Positions 59,755 through 64,000 of a stretch of DNA of 64,000 nt are shown one piece after another. Each line of letters begins with the position of its first letter. The stretch's first letter is position 1. Below the pieces are notes generated by a model that was given only the letters and a program-made list of their open reading frames with translations, had not been told where the DNA came from and searched no databases. The DNA lies in assembly GCA_038316435.1 (NCBI GenBank), contig JBBQAQ010000005.1, forward strand, positions 52,957-116,956, written 5' to 3'. Source of the DNA: Bacteroidales bacterium. GTDB taxonomy: Bacteria; Bacteroidota; Bacteroidia; Bacteroidales; GCA-2748055. The position numbers and the translations under genes are program-made.

Positions 59755-60347
59755 ATCTCAGAATTTTTTAGCCATTCTTTTCTCCACTGATAATAACCAA
59801 CAACAGCCATTCCTGTATAAACACAGAAAAGTACAACTGTTGGGTAAAGGTCTTTATACACAAAGGTTCCAAGCGAAACTAAATCAATAATTACCCAAAA
59901 AATCCAGTGTTCTAGATACTTTCTTGCCAACATCCAAGTTGCTACTACACTACCACCAGCTGTAAATGCATCCCAAAAGGGCAACGGGGAATCGGTATAT
60001 TTAGTAAGTATAAATCCTACGATTAGAGTAATTATTGCAGTAACAGTAATATAAATAAGCCATTCAATCCTTCTCAACCTGATTACTGGCAATTTGTCGC
60101 TTCGATTTGGCTTTTCACCAGTTTGCCAAAAATACCATCCATATATACTAATGCCTAAATAATAAAATTGCAGACTCATATCGGCGTAAAACTTTGACTG
60201 AAAAAAAACATAAACATAGATAAGTGAGGTAATTATACCCCACGGCCAGAGCCAAATATTTTGTTTTATAGAAAAAACAAGATAAATAATTCCAGTAACT
60301 GCACCCAGAATCTCAATAAAAAGGTCAGAAACAAGGAAATCAATCAT
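59751..60347 (-). CDS. pnuC: PnuC-family vitamin transporter
   Basis: YADMSLQ, YGWYFW, PFWDA, WMLARKYLEHW. Confidence 0.9.
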   Translation of the reverse strand: MIDFLVSDLFIEILGAVTGIIYLVFSIKQNIWLWPWGIITSLIYVYVFFQSKFYADMSLQFYYLGISIYGWYFWQTGEKPNRSDKLPVIRLRRIEWLIYITVTAIITLIVGFILTKYTDSPLPFWDAFTAGGSVVATWMLARKYLEHWIFWVIIDLVSLGTFVYKDLYPTVVLFCVYTGMAVVGYYQWRKEWLKNSEI

Positions 60348-60362
60348 GATTTTTTTATCCAG

Positions 60363-61973
60363 TTATTCTCCAATATATGCCTCTAATTTCTTTTCATATA
60401 GGGATGATTCTGACATGACCTTCAATGCCCGCATAAAGATAGGATCAGCCTCGTTATAAATCTGAAAGAATTCTGATGTATCCCATAGATCTCTTGCCAG
60501 ATATGCTTTAAAAAGGAGGCGAATCATTACCTCACTTTTTTTGTAATCGCCTTCTTTGAATTTAACGCCTTCTTTTTCAGCATATTGAACCAATTCATCA
60601 ATCATTTGAGAACTGACTTTAAACGAGTTCTTATAATCCTCAAATTTTTTAAATTTTGCTTTTAATTCAGCTCTGTTTTGATCACCGTATTTTAATATAA
60701 ATTGATTAAGGACACCTTTACTTATAAGTTCCCTGTAGTAGGTAGAGAAAAAAGAAGTGTCAAAGGGAACAAAGTAATCAGGATTAATTCCACCTCCACC
60801 ATATACTATGCGGTTTTTAAAAACCGTATGATATTTAAGTGAGTCAGGGAAAGTTAGTGATGCACTATCATTCATTTCAGGAAACATAAATCGGTCAGTC
60901 ACTTCTTTTGCATATTCATCATAGCCTTTTTCATAAGATTTCTGAATGAGTCTGCCTGAAGGTGTGTAATACTTAGCAACAGTCAGTCTGATCAGGGATC
61001 CATCCATAAGAGAAAAAGGTTGCTGAACAAGCCCCTTTCCAAATGAACGACGACCTACAACAACTGCCCGATCCAGATCTTGCAATGCTCCTGCAACAAT
61101 CTCGCTTGCAGATGCAGAACTTTCATCAATCATAATAATAAGTTTTCCCTTTTCAAATTCACCGCGATCAGTAGAATAATAATTATGACGTGGGTTTTTT
61201 ACTCCTTCAGTATAGACCAGAAGGTTATTCCCATTAATAAACTGATCGGCAAGTTCAACAGCTATTCGAAGATAACCGCCTCCATTCCCGCTTAAATCGA
61301 GAATAAGGTTTTCAAGTCCACTTTTCTTAAGCTTGTCAATTGCTGTGTAGAATTCTGTAACAGAAGTCATTGAGAACCTAGATAATTTAATATATCCGGT
61401 TTTACTATCAACCATATAAGATGCATCAATACTATAAATAGGGATTTCATCCCGAGTGATAGTAAAATCGAGAAGACCAGCAACATTTTTCCGCTTAATT
61501 GCAACATCAACCTTCGTTCCTTTCTTTCCCTTAAGCTTTTTCTGAACATCGGTATTTTTTATTCCAACTCCGGCAGCATTTAGCCCATCAATTTTAATTA
61601 TCCTATCGCCACCGCGGATTCCAACTTTTTCAGAAGGTCCACCTGAAATAGTGTTGATAATAAAAATAGTGTCATTTAAAATATTAAAACTCACACCAAT
61701 TCCATCGAAGTTGCCATCCAGAGGTTCCTGCATAGCGTTTACTTCTTCCTTACTGAGATAAGATGAATGAGGATCAAGATCGTGCAAGGTTTGAATAATA
61801 ACTTCTTCAATGAACTTATCCTCGTTAAGGGTATCAACGTAATAGTTCGAAATCTTTTCGAAAACCTCTCCGAACTTAAGCGACTGCTGAGAAAACTGGG
61901 CTTCCAGAGGAAGAATGCAAATAAAAAACAGCAAGGCGCTTATAAATATTTTTCCTGACTTCATAATATTCAA
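60363..61973 (-). CDS. S41 C-terminal processing peptidase
   Basis: LDPHS, PDZ domain, DLSGNGGG, SASASE, SFGKG. Confidence 0.93.
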   Translation of the reverse strand: MNIMKSGKIFISALLFFICILPLEAQFSQQSLKFGEVFEKISNYYVDTLNEDKFIEEVIIQTLHDLDPHSSYLSKEEVNAMQEPLDGNFDGIGVSFNILNDTIFIINTISGGPSEKVGIRGGDRIIKIDGLNAAGVGIKNTDVQKKLKGKKGTKVDVAIKRKNVAGLLDFTITRDEIPIYSIDASYMVDSKTGYIKLSRFSMTSVTEFYTAIDKLKKSGLENLILDLSGNGGGYLRIAVELADQFINGNNLLVYTEGVKNPRHNYYSTDRGEFEKGKLIIMIDESSASASEIVAGALQDLDRAVVVGRRSFGKGLVQQPFSLMDGSLIRLTVAKYYTPSGRLIQKSYEKGYDEYAKEVTDRFMFPEMNDSASLTFPDSLKYHTVFKNRIVYGGGGINPDYFVPFDTSFFSTYYRELISKGVLNQFILKYGDQNRAELKAKFKKFEDYKNSFKVSSQMIDELVQYAEKEGVKFKEGDYKKSEVMIRLLFKAYLARDLWDTSEFFQIYNEADPIFMRALKVMSESSLYEKKLEAYIGE

Positions 61974-62056
61974 ATTTGTTAAGTACGAAGATAAAACACT
62001 TAAATACCTGTTATTTAAAAAACCAAAATTAACAATCTGTTTTAAAGAGAATTAAC

Positions 62057-63586
62057 TTATTCCCACTCAATTGTTGCAGGAGGTTTGGAACTTATATCAT
62101 AAACTACTCTGTTAATACCTTTGACTTTATTAATTATGTCATTTGAAACTTTCGCAAGAAATTCGTAAGGCAAATGCGACCAGTCGGCTGTCATACCATC
62201 AGTTGATCCTACAGCTCTAAGCGCAAGGACATTTTCATAGGTTCTTTCATCTCCCATAACACCAACTGACTGCACTGGCAATAGGATTGCCGCTGCCTGC
62301 CATACCTGATTGTAAAGTCCGAAATCCTTCAATCCCCTGATAAAAATATCATCAGCATCCTGTAAAATTCTGACTTTTTCAGGAGTTACTTCACCAAGAA
62401 TACGTATTCCAAGTCCAGGACCGGGAAATGGGTGCCTGTTAAGCAGATCAGGAGATAATCCTAGCGCAGTACCTACCCTTCTGACTTCATCTTTAAACAA
62501 CAATCTCAGTGGTTCTACAACCTTAAGGTGCATTTTTTCCGGTAAGCCACCTACATTATGATGCGACTTAATTGTTGCTGAAGGACCATTTACAGAAACT
62601 GATTCAATAACATCTGGATAAATGGTTCCTTGTCCCAGCCATTTTACATCCTTTATTTTATGCGCTTCCACATCAAAAACCTCAATAAAATTCCGGCCGA
62701 TGATCTTTCTTTTCTTTTCTGGTTCAGTTACCCCTCTCAAGTCATCCATAAACTTTTGTGATGCATCTACACCAATAACATGAAGACCCATACCCAGATA
62801 AGAATCAAGTACAGACTGAAACTCGTGCTTACGAAGCAATCCATTATCTACAAAAATACATGTGAGATTATCGCCAATTGCATTATGCAAAAGCGTTGCA
62901 GCTACAGTAGAATCAACACCTCCGGAAAGGCCTAATACTACTTTGTCATTACCCAGACTATTTTTTAATTGCGAAACGGTTGATTCAATAAAGGACAATG
63001 GAGTCCAATCCTGTTTACAATTACAAATATCACAAACAAAATTCTTTAGAATCTGCGAACCTTCTGAAGTATGATATACTTCAGGGTGAAACTGCAGCCC
63101 ATAGGTTTTTTCATTTTGAACAGAGAATGCTCCAACCTTGATATCCCCAGTGCTGGCAATGATTTTGTAGTTTTCAGGTAGAGTAACAATAGTATCGCCG
63201 TGAGACATCCAAACCTGAGATTCAATACTTATATTTTTAAGAAGGGGATTTGCAGAATCAACAAAAGACAGTAATGCACGACCATATTCTCTTGAATTGG
63301 AAGGCATTACCTCTCCCCCGAAAAAATGAGCCAAATATTGAGCGCCATAGCAAATCCCAAGTACAGGTACTTTACCTTTTAAGGCTGCAATATCGGGGAT
63401 TGGTGCATTTTTATCTCTTACAGAAAATGGGCTTCCTGAAAGAATCAATCCTTTAACGGTTTCATCAGGTTCTGGAAAATGGTTAAAAGGATATATTTCA
63501 CAGTAAACATTTAGCTCACGAACTCTTCTGGCAATGAGCTGAGTATATTGAGAACCGAAATCGAGGATAATAATTTTTTCTTTCAC
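62057..63586 (-). CDS. guaA: GMP synthase (glutamine-hydrolysing)
   Basis: [42 protein letters not shown]; GTG 63586 fits the TAAATTTG box at 63608-63615. Confidence 0.97.
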   Translation of the reverse strand: MKEKIIILDFGSQYTQLIARRVRELNVYCEIYPFNHFPEPDETVKGLILSGSPFSVRDKNAPIPDIAALKGKVPVLGICYGAQYLAHFFGGEVMPSNSREYGRALLSFVDSANPLLKNISIESQVWMSHGDTIVTLPENYKIIASTGDIKVGAFSVQNEKTYGLQFHPEVYHTSEGSQILKNFVCDICNCKQDWTPLSFIESTVSQLKNSLGNDKVVLGLSGGVDSTVAATLLHNAIGDNLTCIFVDNGLLRKHEFQSVLDSYLGMGLHVIGVDASQKFMDDLRGVTEPEKKRKIIGRNFIEVFDVEAHKIKDVKWLGQGTIYPDVIESVSVNGPSATIKSHHNVGGLPEKMHLKVVEPLRLLFKDEVRRVGTALGLSPDLLNRHPFPGPGLGIRILGEVTPEKVRILQDADDIFIRGLKDFGLYNQVWQAAAILLPVQSVGVMGDERTYENVLALRAVGSTDGMTADWSHLPYEFLAKVSNDIINKVKGINRVVYDISSKPPATIEWE

Positions 63587-63649
63587 AACCAGTTTTTTTA
63601 ATTTTTGCAAATTTAATATTTATTCCTGTACAAGCCTTTAAAAAACATC

Positions 63650-64000
63650 TCAGGAAGTAATTTCATTTCTTACCCTTTTCACTTCATAAACATCACCGTC
63701 ATTTACTGCATAGGATTCAGGGAATACAGATCTAGCTTCGGTCTCAAGATTTTCATGTGTTTTATATCGTGCTGAAAAATGACCCATGAGTAATTTCCCT
63801 GCTCCTGAAGCTAAGGCTATTTGTGCTGCCTGGGAAGTGGTGGAATGCATTGTTTTTTTCGCTAGTTCTTCATCACCATGTGCAAACGTAGCTTCATGAT
63901 AGAGTAAATCAACTTTCTGAAGTATTTCTGATAGTTCTGGTTCGTAGATGGTATCTGAACAATAGGCATAGGATCTTCTTTTCCAACTAGGGAGTGTAAG
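63650..64000 (-). CDS. rnz: Ribonuclease Z (3' part only)
   Basis: Frame open to the edge: YAYCSDT, LLYHEATF, MHST, GHFSARY. Confidence 0.92.
   Translation of the reverse strand, partial: LTLPSWKRRSYAYCSDTIYEPELSEILQKVDLLYHEATFAHGDEELAKKTMHSTTSQAAQIALASGAGKLLMGHFSARYKTHENLETEARSVFPESYAVNDGDVYEVKRVRNEITS

Noticed and set aside
1-64000. CRISPR arrays, tRNA/rRNA, IS elements, prophage genes
   Set aside because: No regularly spaced repeats, cloverleaf motifs, transposases or phage structural genes seen; intergenic gaps are short

Overview
AT-rich, gene-dense chromosomal segment of a Bacteroidota bacterium, probably Bacteroidales. Support: many TAnnTTTG -7 promoter boxes, a T9SS type-B CTD protein and the folP-cdaA / DoxX-tpiA-prmA gene order. 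Most of the window is housekeeping (uvrA, rsmE, prmA, tpiA, tmk, folP, cdaA, plsY, pckA, ppdK, xerD, pyk, mdh, serA/serC, gcvT, clpB, guaA, rnz). The one clear accessory island (~36.4-39.85 kb) holds a frameshifted RelE-type TA pair and a decayed Rhs locus with two toxin/immunity modules. Best leads: (1) a DUF4914-like gene between ppdK and pckA that keeps the PEP-carboxykinase catalytic motifs, a candidate uncharacterised PEPCK class; (2) a serC-serA-DUF1015 operon without serB, where DUF1015 has the ParB/Srx DGHHR motif of serine kinases; (3) an orphan SiaB/SiaC Thr-kinase switch facing a TerB/FHA-like ABCG-type transporter; (4) the Rhs orphan toxin/immunity array. No rRNA, tRNA, CRISPR array or transposase was seen. 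Family calls come from motif recognition, not database searches.
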